DNA of 64,000 nucleotides, from contig OZ316891.1 in the NCBI GenBank assembly GCA_973895155.1, positions 27,503,561 through 27,567,560 of the forward strand. The letters run 5' to 3'. The position numbers were made by a program, and so were the translations under genes. Below are positions 27,486 to 41,120 of this stretch, one piece after another. Origin of the DNA: Marsupella aquatica (taxonomy: Eukaryota > Plantae > Marchantiophyta). The notes under the pieces were generated by a model. It searched no databases. It saw nothing but the letters and a program-made list of their open reading frames with translations, and was not told the origin of the DNA. Every line of letters begins with the position of its first letter. Position 1 is the stretch's first letter.

Positions 27486-29414
27486 GGTTTGACTTGTTAG
27501 ACATCCCAAGTTGGGGTGCTGAAAGGTTTGCATGATTGAGACTACTAGGATATGGATATTCATTTTGTTCCATAAATAACAAACAGTAAGGGGAACAAAC
27601 AATGATACACTTTTGTGGGCAAAGTGCTAGCCAAGACTAATCTAAGGTACTAACAGCGATCTACACAACAATAAAAATTTGATTCTTGTTATCACACCAA
27701 TACACATTCTCACAATCACAATCGAGATCACAATCAAGGACATTCCAAAGGAACTAGTTAAAATAGATAACTTCTAGCACTAATTAACCTATGCTAATTA
27801 TTGCAATAAAATGAAACTTCATTATGTTATATTGAAGCAAGTAGTGAAATTATGTTAAATGCATGCCCAAACAAAGAGTATCAAGAGAGATGGTCATCCG
27901 CAACATTTGCCCCTTGATGCATTGGAAGACTAGGACTCACCACGGGTTGTCACACTTTTTTGTTCCACAAATGAATTCTATTTGAGTTAGATTGCTCGAG
28001 GCCAATGCATATATGTGAAGCTTGCTTAAGAGATTTAATTAAGGTTAAATTCCACATTGAAATTTCATAGAATTATGTCCAAAACCCTAAGCATCAAACA
28101 CGTACACAATAGAGCGACGACCACTGTATGCATTCATTTGCCATGAACAAGGTTAGAAACTGGGCAGCTTTTGGCCGCAACTTTTGCAATCCTTGGACCT
28201 TGGTTACTGGCATCAAATATTGGGTTACTCAACATTGGGCCACGCCCCAAGTCCTTGTTGTTGCTTGAGATGAGGGAGAGGTTACTAAGAGTCTTGGTAT
28301 GACATTAATAGTCAAGCTCTTCATATTTTTTCCAAGTTTTCTACTCATTTGTTCTATATTCTAGTGTTTATGCAGATGTCAGTGCATCATTGTAATTTTG
28401 GAGTCTACTTATTATTGCCCTTCTTAGCTTGCATTAGAAATAGTTTTGCTGCAATTAAAGACTGGAATTTAGAAGTTTTCAAAGGACTGCCCCAAAGCTG
28501 CCCAATGTACATTTCCGGGGATTTGTGGGTGTGCCACCTCACTAGTTAGGGTGTCCGCCAAAGGGAAAAAAGAACCGTCTCCTTGGTAGTACATTCAAAA
28601 GAAAATGGGGGTCAACATTGCGCGGCCAGACGAGATAGGGTGTACAGAGCACGAACTGGGTTCTTGGCAGAGAAACCCAGTTCCTCTTTGGCGCAAAGGG
28701 GGAGCGCCAAGACGAAAGCAAAGTGGACGATTCCCCATTGGTCGCGCAAGCTGGTCGAGATCAGTCGGGAGATTTATGAACTTGGTGTTAGGGAACTTAG
28801 CGCATCCGCTCGCGCGACCAGGTGTGCTGCAAATGAAGATGTGGATACAGGCCACTTTGCGGTCTTGCAAGCTAGAGCACATGATTGGCTGAGGCAACTG
28901 GCAATGCATGGTCAAGGGCAGTCGGGAGATTAATGTTGTGACAGTAGGGAACTTAGCGCATCCGCTCGCGCGATGAGGTGTGCTGCAAATTTGGACAATA
29001 GATTTCATATTTGCACCTGGAAGCACATACAATCTCAAGAGTTTTCAGATAGTGATCAAGAGGTGGCAAGAATCAAGAACAAGACATAAGCTTGCTCGAG
29101 AGCTCACTCCTCAGGTTTGCTCTAGATCCAATTTGTAAACTAGGCAAGGCTTTGTTGGGTTGTTGCACCAAATATTCCTTCTCCCTTTTTGTCAACATGC
29201 TTGCAATTAAGATAGCACTATGCCTTTGAGCATCAACATCTCCACAAATGCGTTGTTTTGTCCCACTTAACCTGCATACTGTTCCTGAGCCTACTTTGTT
29301 GTGCTTGCTTGTAGTAGGGAACGAACTTGGCATTTAAGTTTCTTTGCATGCCCACCTGTTTGGCTAAGCTCTGTTAAATTTTTCCTTTTGCGAACCTGTC
29401 CATCTCGCAGCAGC

Positions 29415-29722
29415 CCCGGGGTCCTCACTTCTTTTCTTCCGACCCATCACGCGCGAATAAATATAGGGTTTTTTTATTGGGTATAACGGAATACTTTTAA
29501 ATTTGTGTTGAAGAACATTAGGGTTATTTTAATCCAATTTTGAGAATTATAAGAATCATAGGGTTTTTAAAAATCAAATATGGGAATATTCTTGGAATAT
29601 TAACATTAAGTTAGGGGTAAAACAATTCCTATAAAAAACTTTATTGACTTAACTTTTAGGGTGTTTATTCCCCCAAAACTTCGAGCATGATATGGGACAC
29701 CCCTTGGATTGAGGCCCCCGAG
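29415..29722. mobile_element. hAT-type MITE (308 bp)
   Basis: 8-bp TSD GCAGCAGC (29407-29414 and 29723-29730); imperfect TIRs cccggggtcctca / tgaggcccccgag; AT-rich interior. Confidence 0.8.
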
Positions 29723-30299
29723 GCAGCAGCTTCTCGTATTTGTATCTCAATGAAGCAAACGCTTTGCCCTGCCTTGCAACGCTCTTCTATGTGCCAGGTT
29801 CAGGTCTTGCACAACCTGTATTTGTCTTGCTAAGCTTTCCTCTACCTCAGTAATCCTCTCTAACATCTGCTCCTTGCCAACTCCCAATGACCTTATCTTC
29901 CTCAACAAACCCAAATTTTCTACCCTCGACTGAAGATTATCCTTTAATAAAACACTCTTATCAATTTCTAGGCTTTTGATGGCAACATCATGTTCTTTTC
30001 TCTCATGAGTTCTCTCATGCTCTTTTGCAAGGCTTTGGGCATACCCATAGAACCCATTTTTCCCAAGGCAAAAGAAGACCACAAGCTCTTTTAAATTGGT
30101 GAAAGGGGGAGCTAAGTTAGTCCTTGGATCTCTAGGGTATATGCCTCCATCTATCCACAAGTCAAGCTAGATTTGTGCACCCCTCTTCCCTTTTTGTTGA
30201 AAAAGACTTTTTTTGCGTTTGTAAATCAATGTTGAGTCCTCGTTTGATTAGCGGAGCAAATCTGGGATCCACTGAAAAGCAAATTTCATAGGCCTTGCC

Positions 30300-30573
30300 C
30301 TCGGGGGTTTCACTTCCACAAAAATGGCATATCACGTGCAACGAAGGATATGGTCATTTTATTGGTTCTAAGAGAAGACTTAAATTTTTTTGTAGAAAAA
30401 CAATAGGGTCTTTTAAATTCAATTTTGAGACTTATTTAAAGAACATTAGGGTCTTTTTAATCCAATTTTTGGAATATTCCAACCTATTAGGGGTTAATTT
30501 TTATAAAAAATTCTTATATTTTAGGGGATCCGAGGCCTAAAAACGTCGCAGGTGATATAGTGAGACCCCCGAG
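30300..30573. mobile_element. hAT-type MITE (274 bp)
   Basis: 8-bp TSD GCCTTGCC (30292-30299 and 30574-30581); TIRs CTCGGGGGTTTCACT / AGTGAGACCCCCGAG; inverted homolog of 42644-42940. Confidence 0.9.
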
Positions 30574-30982
30574 GCCTTGCCCCATTTGTTGGTGACGTCT
30601 GCCAAGGCCATATTCTGTATAAGAGAGTACAATGAACATATCTTCATGAGCAATCGGGCAAGCTCATACTCACAAAACTCATATATTCAGTTAAAATAAT
30701 CACCGGCTATGTTGATCAAGCCACCCATACATGCACCCTCGACTGAAAATCCTGAGTACGTATGACACTGGCATGGCACATTTGTGCGATACTTGCAAAA
30801 ATCGTTAATAATACAAAACTCATGCCCAGCTTCTGAAATAGGTGGTCAAGAATAGTGTGTACTTCATTAACGTATATTTAATGATAGACAAAGACCATCA
30901 ATGTCTGGGGGCCAGATACATTGGATAAACTACAGCCCTTCACCAATCTCCAAATTAAGCCAGCTAGAATGTACTCTATCAC

Positions 30983-32629
30983 CTAAGTAAACCATCCAGC
31001 CAATGGCCTATACACATTTCTAGAGTTTACACCCATATCCTCTTTCCATTGCCTTGCATTGATCTTTGCTGTTTTCCAAATTTTCATGTCTGGATGGGCC
31101 AAAAGGTGTAAAAGATGCACTAACCTACTTGCCACTCCCTTCTTATTTTTAAAGGCCTGCTTAATGCAATCTATCATGCCAACCAGTGTAATGCACCCTT
31201 TCCCAACCTTCAAAGAAGTTTTTGCACATCCCTCTAAGTGAGATGCCAAGAGCATAGACATCAGTGAGCTCAGTGTAAAATCTTGACCCGTCAGAGGGAG
31301 AGAGTCGGTTGTTCTCCCCCATATACAGCTCAGGGGCTATGTGACGAGGGGGGCCAACTGGGTTGATTTCCCAATTCCATTCTCCAAACTTGGGAGCCCA
31401 GTCCTCTTTTGTTCCTGTCACTTTGCAACATCTTCCAAAGTTTGAGATGCCCACAAACACAATCAGTGGTCCCAATAACTTTTTGCTCCCTTTTTAGTCC
31501 ATTGCCATGTTGGCAAATGTAAAAGGATGTTTCTAGCATGCAGGCTATTGTGAAGGCACCCCTTTGAATGCATACATCAGAGGGTCTCTAAAAGGGCAAG
31601 GGAAATCTCTAAGCAGTTGTCCATAAAAATGGCCAATCTTTGCTCTGGTGCCTCATTGAATCCCAACATTTGGTTGTTTTGAAATTCCCTCAAGTGGCCC
31701 AACATGTCTTCCAATGTCCCTCCATTCCAGTATGGAAAAATGAGTGTTGGACATTCATAATCATTTATCATGGCTACAGGGTTAACTAATCCACACATCC
31801 TTACCCCACAAACCTGCATTTCTGAAAACAGGCGTTGTTGAGGCAAGATATGGTGTTCATAGTCAACTCTCTTAAAGCGTTTGGCCACATTCACCATGGA
31901 TGCTCCAAATAAGTTCAAGATGCACCCCAACAAAACGGACAAGGTGATAATCATGTTGAGAATCACTGCAAATATGTGAACTATCATCCCAAGGAGAATA
32001 TAGGTCCTTTAGTGAGATACAAGTAAGGGAGGGGTCTGTAATGGGCTCATCAAGTTGTCTTTGGGTCACCAGTGCTCTTCCTGTAGACCCACTTGATGCA
32101 TTGAACCACCCTTCTATCTCCTTAGCTAGAGTGTTGCGGTTGGTCAGGAAAGCCTCATCACGACACCCCCCACACTAATGGCCCCTCGTCTGTAGTAATC
32201 CACTCCTTCTTCTCTGCAGAATCCAACCAAAGGGCCCACTCCCGTGTCCAATTCAATGCAGCTTGCTTGCACATCTCCAACAAGGCGTTGTCCTCTTTGC
32301 TGGCTTTGTTTAATTATATTACCTTCAGAGGCTATCAAATCTGCTAAGAATTCGGATATTGCCTCCTTTCCAATTTCAAATAGAAATTGGACAAACATGT
32401 GAAGGCCATAAGGAGTTCCAGGTGTGCTATATTCCTCTTCTACCATGCTGATGTTAACAAGGTTAAGGTACCAAGTTGCCATCCACTTATGTCTAATGGC
32501 CCCATTGAGTCTTTGGCTGCTTCTTAGCAATATCAGGCTTACACAAGTGAAACTTTTTCTTTTCCTTTTTCCCTGGAATGCTACGTTTACCAACAATGAT
32601 AGCTGGAACCTCCTCTGAGCCGTACCCAT
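30983..32629 (-). pseudogene. Intronless protein kinase-like pseudogene
   Basis: Subdomain motifs spread across broken frames: VAKRFK (II), LIFPYWNGGTL (V), *CMHSKGCLHNSLHARNILL (VIb), GISNFGR (VII), HIAPELY (VIII), TDVYALG (IX). There is an in-frame stop at 31577-31579 and frameshifts. Inclusion of ORF 32144-32629 as the N-terminus is inferred. Confidence 0.72.
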
Positions 32630-33824
32630 CTGGTGTGTCTATTCCTTGGTCCGGAGTTGACATCTGGTCCTAAGCATTCACTTCAAATTAATTTTTTTTT
32701 CAAATTAACAGTACTAGGAATTAAACTCTTCTGAGAATGTATTAGTACCCTGATAAACAAAAACCATGGCATTCGAGCTAGTCAACTCAATTAAGGATTA
32801 TATAGGTTCAGACACATTCAATCGATATATTAGCAAAGCAGGGGTTTTACTTAGGTTATGTCTACACTAACCTCAAGAAATAGTCCAGATATATATGTAA
32901 GCAGACCAATTGGTATCGTCGGCTTCCCAAACACACTCCTGTAAACATGAGTATAAATAGTCAAGAGTTATGAATCCACTAAGGGGACCAAGTTAAATAG
33001 GGTATATATCTATAGTCGCATTCTCAGGATAGAAACTCTCCATCTAAATTGGCCTTATGGCAACCATGAGGAATAGAGGGGTTTCCGGCACGAGAAAGTA
33101 GTAATTGGAAGCAACGAGGAGCAACCATGCGGGAATGCAAACCACTTGTCGCCACTAGTTCTGTCTCTCAACTCACTTAGAATGGTCAATAAAAATCTCA
33201 CAAGCTTTAGCTTAAGTCGAGGTGGATCGCTTTCACTCAGCTACCGGCCTGTACACATTTACAAAAATGCATTAGTGACATCTATAATTATTGATGCGTA
33301 CATAGATTCATAGAGCAGACAGCAGTAGCAGACCAGGAGTGTGTACAGTAAATGCCGACACTAAACCAAATAGTTTTCAGTAAGAGTATGAACAAATTGA
33401 GCGATTGATGCGCACTCACTGCTTTGACTATGTTTGCCCAGTAAAAGTGCAAAAGGCTTCTCCGTCTCCTCTCTGTGCGCTTCAGGGCCGACAACTGCAC
33501 CGACTTGCTCCCTACACACCAATTTGATCAGGTGTTGCAAAGGGCCGCAGAATTGAGAGTAGGGCAGAGCGAGAGATTTATATTTCTATCAAAATGCAGG
33601 GGAGACTGAGAATCTCTTCTAGCGCTGCCTGATACCTGGAAATGCGATAGTATGGCCCGTGGCTTAAACTTGTGAGACTCGTGCAGCACAAGCGATTAAT
33701 TCCCTGGTACAGGTCGTCTACAAAAGCCCGGAGAACTTGTGTCTAACACCACAAGATAGTTGTACACAGCACAACATGACGAAACATATATGTCCACAAC
33801 GCAAAATCAAAAGTGCAAGAACTC

Positions 33825-34020
33825 ACCAATTCAGAATCGCCCGATCGATCGCCTGGCCCACAGAAGTAAATGGACCAATTCAGAATCGCCCGATCTATCG
33901 CCTGGCCCACAGGACTAAATATCACCAATTCAGAATCGCCCGATCTATTGCCTGGCCCACAAAAGTAAATAGAGACCAATTCAGAAGCGCCCGATCTATC
34001 GCCTGGCCCACGGAAGTAAA
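33825..34020. repeat. Tandem repeat, ~50-bp unit x4
   Basis: accaattcagaatcgcccgatc(g/t)atcgcctggcccaca..gtaaat is repeated four times. Confidence 0.9.
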
Positions 34021-35162
34021 TAAAGGCGAAAACATTGCACAGCGAACCCGCCAAGGCTTGTCGATCCTCAGAAATTGCTACCTGGCAGTGCAGACACTGC
34101 TCGCTCTCGGCCAAGGCTCAGCAAAGAATCTTATCCTGGTCCCAACTTGTCCAATCTTCGCATCCACAATTCGTTTGCGCTAGAGTCACTTCCCCATAGC
34201 TGCTGCCGCTGTCGCGAGTGAATTGTAACCTGGAAAATACACTACTCCTCTTGAACTTTGATTGCCAGGAAGGCCTGAAGTCGACGCTAACTCTACTAAC
34301 CACATAACGATGCTTAAATTTTGGAGCAATTTAATCTATTTCTATACTCACAAAGCTCGAAGACTCATTAAGGAGAAATCTGGGCAGGTGCCCTTTACAA
34401 AGGCTTAAGGGCCTTATTTTTTGCCCATTCTGTTTCTAATGAATAGGCTGAAAGTTTTCAGAGACTGAAGACTATTAAATGTATAATCTGTTTTTATCTT
34501 TCCATCTTAAAAAAGTCGCCACACATTCCCCTTGAGATCTTAGACCTCATGATTGTTTGGTAGTGTGAGTTGCCTCCCAAAAGGCATTTCGCAAGGAGTT
34601 TTTGCGTAGTGGGGCTCTAGGCTTGACCATACGCTCCCATCCAACTTTGGGCTCACTCAGCCTCACGTGTCCATCTCACTTCGATATAAATTCCAGAGCC
34701 TTTGGCTTAGTTTCCCATCAACTGTCTCCAGGGATTAGCAGTCAGCAGCAGGCTTCAAAATTTTCACCCTCACTGTCGACTCGCACCCCGTCAATAGGCT
34801 CGAATTGATCCGATCACTCGCGCGTCAGCTTCTGAACGTCCTCACATTTATCGACACTCGATCTTCATTATTTTTGCTGCTGCCTTAGTCTCAAGTGAAG
34901 TGTGTTTCTGGCAGCTGATGACGGTTCCACAAACGCAGTGAACTGCTACGCTAACTTGGCTTTAGTCGAGGTATCGGTAAAGGAAATCGTCAACCGAGAC
35001 ATCGATTTCAGGGTACTCGCTAGCTGTGTATAGAGGAAAGGAGGCGCTGTGATCCGTACAATTCTTTGATTTGGCAAATTAAACTTCTTTCCAAAGTTAC
35101 TCCTTCCATTCAAATCGAAGGTTGACATCTGAATTCCCGATCCCTCCTAGCTAGTCGCAAAA

Positions 35163-36543
35163 ATGGCAACCGCGGCTTCAACTGTAGATGCTGGCAGCAT
35201 GGGGGAAAGTGCTAACTTCAACCTCACCAGAGATGCTCCATCAGAAGGATGTGCGTCGGTGCTCGGCATTGGTACTGCTGTACCCCCCACCGTGCACACG
35301 CAAGACACGTATCCGGAATTCTTCTTCGACATCACCAACAGCAACGACAAACCGGAGCTCAAGAAGACATTCACGCGCATTTGTAAGGGTCTCGATCACC
35401 CAGTAATACAGATTGCTATATTTAACGTACACGGTAGTTGGTTGCATTCTTAGCTGGGATCATCTTCAGAACTGTCATTCAGATGTCCTTTTCTACAAAT
35501 AAGATGATTGAATGTAATTTCTTGTTTTCGAGTCGCGTTGCGCAGGTGAACGTTCCGGAATCAAGAAGAGGCATTTCTACATGACTGAAGAACGTCTGCG
35601 GGCGAACCCCACAATCCCCACATATTTGGAGCCATCTCTGAATATTCGACAAGAGATCGCTACCGCCCAGGTGCCCAAGCTGGCGCAAGAGGCTGTAGTG
35701 AAGGCAATCAAGGAGTGGGGTGGAAAGAAGTCTGAGATCACTCATGTCGTTTTCGCCACGACCAGCGGGGTGAATATGCCGGGAGCAGACCACGCCGTGG
35801 CCAGGCTCCTTGGACTCCGCCCAACTGTGAGACGAGTGATGTTGTACCAAATTGGCTGCCACGGAGGAGCAGCAGTCATGCGCATCGGTAAGGATTTGGC
35901 CGAGAACAACAAGGGAGCTCGTGTGTTGGTGATCGCAACTGAGTTAACTTGCGTCACTTTCAGAGCTCCAAGCGAAACTCACGCTGCCGGCCTAGTTGCA
36001 TCGGCGTTGTTTGGCGATGGCGCTGCAGCCATCATCCTTGGTTCCGATCCCAGGCCCGGGATCGAGAGACCAATCTTCGAGATTAAGTGGGCAGGAGAAA
36101 CCATCATCCCAGAGAGCGACGGTGCCATCGATGGGCAACTTACCGAAGCCGGGCTCATATTCCACCTGTTGAAGGACGTTCCAGGACTGATCTCCAAGAA
36201 CATCGAGAAGTTTCTGGTCGAAGCGAGGAAAGCGGTTGGGTCACCAGAGTGGAACGAGATGTTCTGGGCTGTGCACCCGGGCGGTCCCGCCATCCTCGAC
36301 CAAGTGGAGGCCAAGCTTGGCTTGGACAAGACGAAGTTGGGAGGGAGCCGAGATACTCTCTCGGATTACGGAAACATGTCGAGTGCAACCGTCCTGTTCG
36401 TGCTAGACAGAATCAGACAGCGTTCAATCGAGAAGGGCAGCAAGAACAGCGGGGAGGGCTCGGAGCATGGATTCGTAATTGGATTTGGTCCGGGGCTGAC
36501 ATTGGAGGTCTTGACTCTGAAGAGTCTTCCATTGGCTGTGTAG
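35163..36543 (+). CDS. CHS: Type III polyketide synthase (chalcone/stilbenecarboxylate synthase family), copy 1, divergent
   Basis: Exons 35163-35382 and 35546-36543 (405 aa); the GT-AG intron splits the Cys codon at the conserved CHS position. Catalytic Cys (QIGCHGG), His (WAVHPGG), Asn (YGNMSS) and GFGPG are present. The symbol is family-level; product specificity is unknown. Confidence 0.93.
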
Positions 36544-39190
36544 TTAAATACTTGATACGTTGCAATGTACAATTCAACAGTCAGCTGACCATTCCGGCCA
36601 TGTAATCTGGTTTGTTGAAATTGCTCTCGGGGTCTCTGTGATGTCGTTAGCTGACCGTTCTAACGCGGCATTGACTTATGTGTGATTAGCCTGACCGAAT
36701 GGGCAGGCTGGACCTCATTTCGCCCAGCTCATGCATTGTGGTAATGCGTCCCTCGTCAATGTCTGTGTTTCAGCTGAAGGATCTGGATTCCAACATGAAG
36801 GATGTCAAGGGCCATTGGCCTGGCTCTAATTAAGGCATATTTATCTTGCGTAAACGGATATATCTTGCGGACATTAATATGTATCCGGGATGGGTGAAAC
36901 CAGTTCGAAGAAACCTGCTCTCACGGTGGCCGGATTCAAGCCATGCCTAGTTAGCTCCACTTTGCAGTCAATATATGCTAGTCATTCGCGACCTGGATTC
37001 TTGGCAGCCTCGGCCTAAATTAGTCGTGGTCGATAGAGAGTATGCTTTTTAGAAACTCAGATCACAGTAGTCTCTCCGTTTACATTTTCGGCGATTAGGG
37101 GCTGTAGAATACATATACCCGAGTCGATCAGGATGTGGTTGTATCCATGCACACCTCTGGCAATAAATACATCATGACGTTCCATACTACCGACTATCAC
37201 TACGTACACATGCACTTGCTCTCAATCGGCAAACTCACTGATCAATGTCACTCCGTACTTTTCAACTCAAAAAACTGCTATATCTTTCAATACGGAATGT
37301 CATCGAAAATTTATGGATCTTAGAGGCACTCGACATACTCGCCCAACATTGTACATTATATTATATTATTTATTAATATAATTTGGCCTATATTTAACGT
37401 GTACATTTAAGGACCAAAAAGTGTATATTTGGGTTTCTTAAAGTGTATATTTGGGGACATGAAAGTATACATTTCAATACTGATTTGTGAACAAAAGAAA
37501 ATATACTTTTAATTAATAGGTTGATATATCTGTGTTGTAATACGATAGATTTTGTCCATTTGGGAAGGCTTTGGTAGGGGGCGTCTTCGTTGTAAAGTCG
37601 GAGAAAATGTGAATACAACGTGCATATTGTATGCAAGACAGACATCATTCTATGTTGAACAGGTTTTGGTTTTGTCCACCATAGCAGGCCTTTCTGCCTA
37701 TATGTAAGGCAGGGGAGTCCTTACTTTATTTAAGTGTGATCTTTGAATACAATGTCCAGTCGAGTGTGTATCCAAGGTAAAAATGATTTTGTCCATTTGT
37801 AGGTTGTGGAATCATGAATACCATATTTGCAGTGTGAGTAATGAATACATTGTGTGGCATGTATACCATCCAATCATGGTTTGTGCATTCTTGTCTACTC
37901 TGACCATTTTTCATGTTGTACAGTCTTCAAAGAGAGCAAGAAATATAATATCTAGCCCTATATATTTTGTCACCAATGTGTAAATTAATTCACAAAGAAT
38001 TATAGATACTATAATTCACAAAGAATAGTAGGATAGAGATCATACTTATAAAAACATTTCAGCACAAAAAAGCCCAAGTACCCTTGATAATGTGTGAACA
38101 AAATGACCTAACTCCAAATAGATTACGAAATAATCTCCAAATTTACAATGCATTTCTTCTATCTAAGGGGCTTAACATGAGTCATATCTCTAAACAAACT
38201 GCTCCTTACAATGTGTATTTGAGCACGTGCCCCTGTCTCCTTTACTATCTACCCCATTATCACGGTTGCAAGTCCCTTTATCTTCAAGGAGCTTAAACTT
38301 GGTGGTGTTGCTCCTAATGGCTATAATCTCCCGCAAAAAGTGTCTGGATTTTCTCTATATAGACCAATGGTGGACCTAGTCACCTAGCGCCCTCACCAAT
38401 CCCAACACTCACGCCTAAGTGCCCCTGGTGCCCGAACGCCTCCACGGAATACCTCGAGCAAGCTCCCTAGTGCGCCTTGCACCGCTAGCGGCCCCTCCCA
38501 TACGAAGCCGCACTTGCTCACCTACACGACCGCTACTCAACGGTCCTCACTATCTGCACAAGCAACCAAGCACCTCGGTAAGTAACCCTTCAGGATCTAG
38601 AACTCGCCAAGTCTAGCATCCTAACTCAAGCTCAACAAACGTTGGTAAATAGGTCAGCGATAGGTCCTCCCGATGCCATAAGCCGGAACCAGAACCCACG
38701 CCCACTGTTCGTCCAGAACAGTTCCTTCCTTGGGCGCGGCCCGGGTTCCCCCTCGTACCTATCCATCACCAAATGACTGCCCTGACCCCAGGACATGCTC
38801 ATGGCCCAAATAGCGTAGCTTGTCCTAAAGCTTGTCCCGACACGCCAGGACCAGAATGGCCCCGCCTCTAGCAACCAACTCCCGATTTGCCTCACTAATG
38901 GTCTAGGGACCGAGCACTCTTGGAACTCAAACTCCACACCTACTTGGCCTTGCCTCCCCAATGCTAGCTCCCTTGGGAGACTCAACGCGACATGGCTGTT
39001 GTTCGGTAGGATTTGGCAAGCGGGCGAGTTAACACCCGCAAGCCTCAAGATCCCATGGTTCCTCCAGACCCAGCTTATCTCAAGAGGGCGTAGCCCTACT
39101 TGAGAGCTTTCCAACACACCCAAGAAGTCCTCCAACGGACTTCCCGTTGGGAAGATATCGTTGTTTCTGTTTGACGGTTTCCCTTAGTGT

Positions 39191-41120
39191 TGTCACACCA
39201 TTCTAGGTAGTGTTAGAGCGTATCGTACTACCTAGATCCGTATGTTTGGTATGTGTGCTATATGAGGCGATAAGGTTCCGTCAGGTTTGTGTGAGAGGGT
39301 ACTTCTCACTTGTGAGGCATTGAAAGGTCATCTTTCAATGTTGAGCCTTGGAGAGAGAGGAGCTTGAGTGTGGCTATGGTGGCTATGAGCTCCGCTTGTG
39401 AAACATGGATTCCTTGAGTAGTGCAAGGTGCATTGGCTTGACATACATGTGTGATCGGATCGGTGCGAGATCGATGTGGTATTGTGGACCGGGATCGTTA
39501 TGCCGATTGTATTGAGATTACATTGAAAGATCGCTTGAACTCTGCTACTGTACGGCCAGGGCTTCGATTGGAGGTTGATGTGTATTGGCGACGGTTTGTG
39601 GTAGTTCGAATCGATCGTGTTGTGTTGGAGAGGATTTGTGGTAGCTCGGATCTTATTGTTGACATTGTGTTGGAAGATTTGTTCTGCTTGGGAGCTGTTG
39701 GTGAAGCTTTCGACAATTCCCGAAGGGCTGTGGGATGTGTTTATCGAGAAGGGCTGATCGGCAGCAGAGGGATCTATGCTCGTGCTTCGCCAATGTTTGT
39801 AGATCTGTTGGACAGGTTCCGGACGATGTAGTCGACCTGGCGCTTTCGCGATTAGCATCCAAGTTGCTGTTACAGGTAGCAATCGGATTTGACAGGGCCA
39901 GCTATCAAGTAGGTGCTGCTGTTTTGATATGGTTCTATATGAAGGAAACGGAGATCAAACTTTGAATGTTGCATTTTGTGTCACTATTGTTTCCATTCGA
40001 TCATGTGTATGCTGCCATCGCCGAGCTGCGATTTTGCCTGAAGGGAACCGGGAGGTGGCAGCCAGCGAAGTCAATCGATGTTTGTGAGGCTGTCCGTGAT
40101 TGCGATCTGCAATTTCGTGAAGGGAAACTGAGGGATTGAGACCCAAATGCGGGCCCAAATGTTGTGAGATTTCAATTGACGCTCGTTGCAGATCTGTGAA
40201 GACAGTATGTCGATGCGGGAGACGGACTGTACTCCGCTCCGCACCTGCCATGAATTTTTGCAAAGGGAAACATGGGGGCGGAACTCGGAATGTTGCAAAA
40301 TCTGAACGTACGTGGTCCTGGCGTAGCGAAGCGTTGCGGGCGTGAAGGGCTCACTCTTTGGCTCATCTCGGCGTTTAGAGGCTTGCGAGGCAACTCATGG
40401 TTACTCGGGACGAGGGGCATGAGGGCGGGCCAGCAAGCCAGCTGGTACGTGAGGAGTAGTTGCAAGTTGCTGATTTTGGAGCAGCCAATTTGGTGCATAA
40501 CTACAAGTGAGAGGTCACCCCTCCCAAAGCTATTCCTTCCCGCTTAACTATGTGGTTCTTAAGTGCTCTTGTGTACACACACTCATTTCCACTTTGATGT
40601 TAATGGAATGAGCACTTAGGCATTTTATACACATTCTAGTTTGTTTAGATTCATTTGTCATTTTGGGCCAAATCATAAGCTCTCTTTAGGTTTTTTATGC
40701 TTCTGAATCCATCTAGATGCATGGATTGAACCAATTGTGCATGGATTCTTAGCTACGACATTGAACATTGAGAGGCCTATTATGAAGGCCCCACATTGAA
40801 CATTATGAACATTGTTTGATTGATGTATGATCACTATTGATGTGGAGAGCTATTGTGGATTTCTTCTTGTTGATTGGATCCTCTCCACAATGCTTCTTGT
40901 TTATGCGCCATGTTAGTTTGGCGTGGGCGCTTGATTCTATAGGAGTGATCCAGGTTTGCAACCGGACATTCTAGTTGTGCTACGTATTTCTCTCCTGGTG
41001 ATGTGGAGTGATGCCCAACACACCATGGTGAGTGCTTGTGTTGCTGACAGAGACAAATTGCCCTTAGGGTTAGCATATAGATTAGGTTAGGTTGGTCACC
41101 ACGGATTCTTCTGGCGCTAC
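39191..41120 (+). mobile_element. Candidate 5' LTR/leader of the DNMT-carrying retroelement
   Basis: Abrupt boundary at TGTCACACC (39191), a typical Ty3/gypsy LTR start, directly upstream of gag; TGGCGCTACTGGG near 41112 is PBS-like. No second LTR is present to confirm this. Confidence 0.35.

Noticed and set aside
33825-34020. 4x repeat as a CRISPR-like array, or coding ORF 33737-34183
   Set aside because: Variable parts are only ~10-14 nt and related to each other; no cas genes; the ORF has no recognisable domain.
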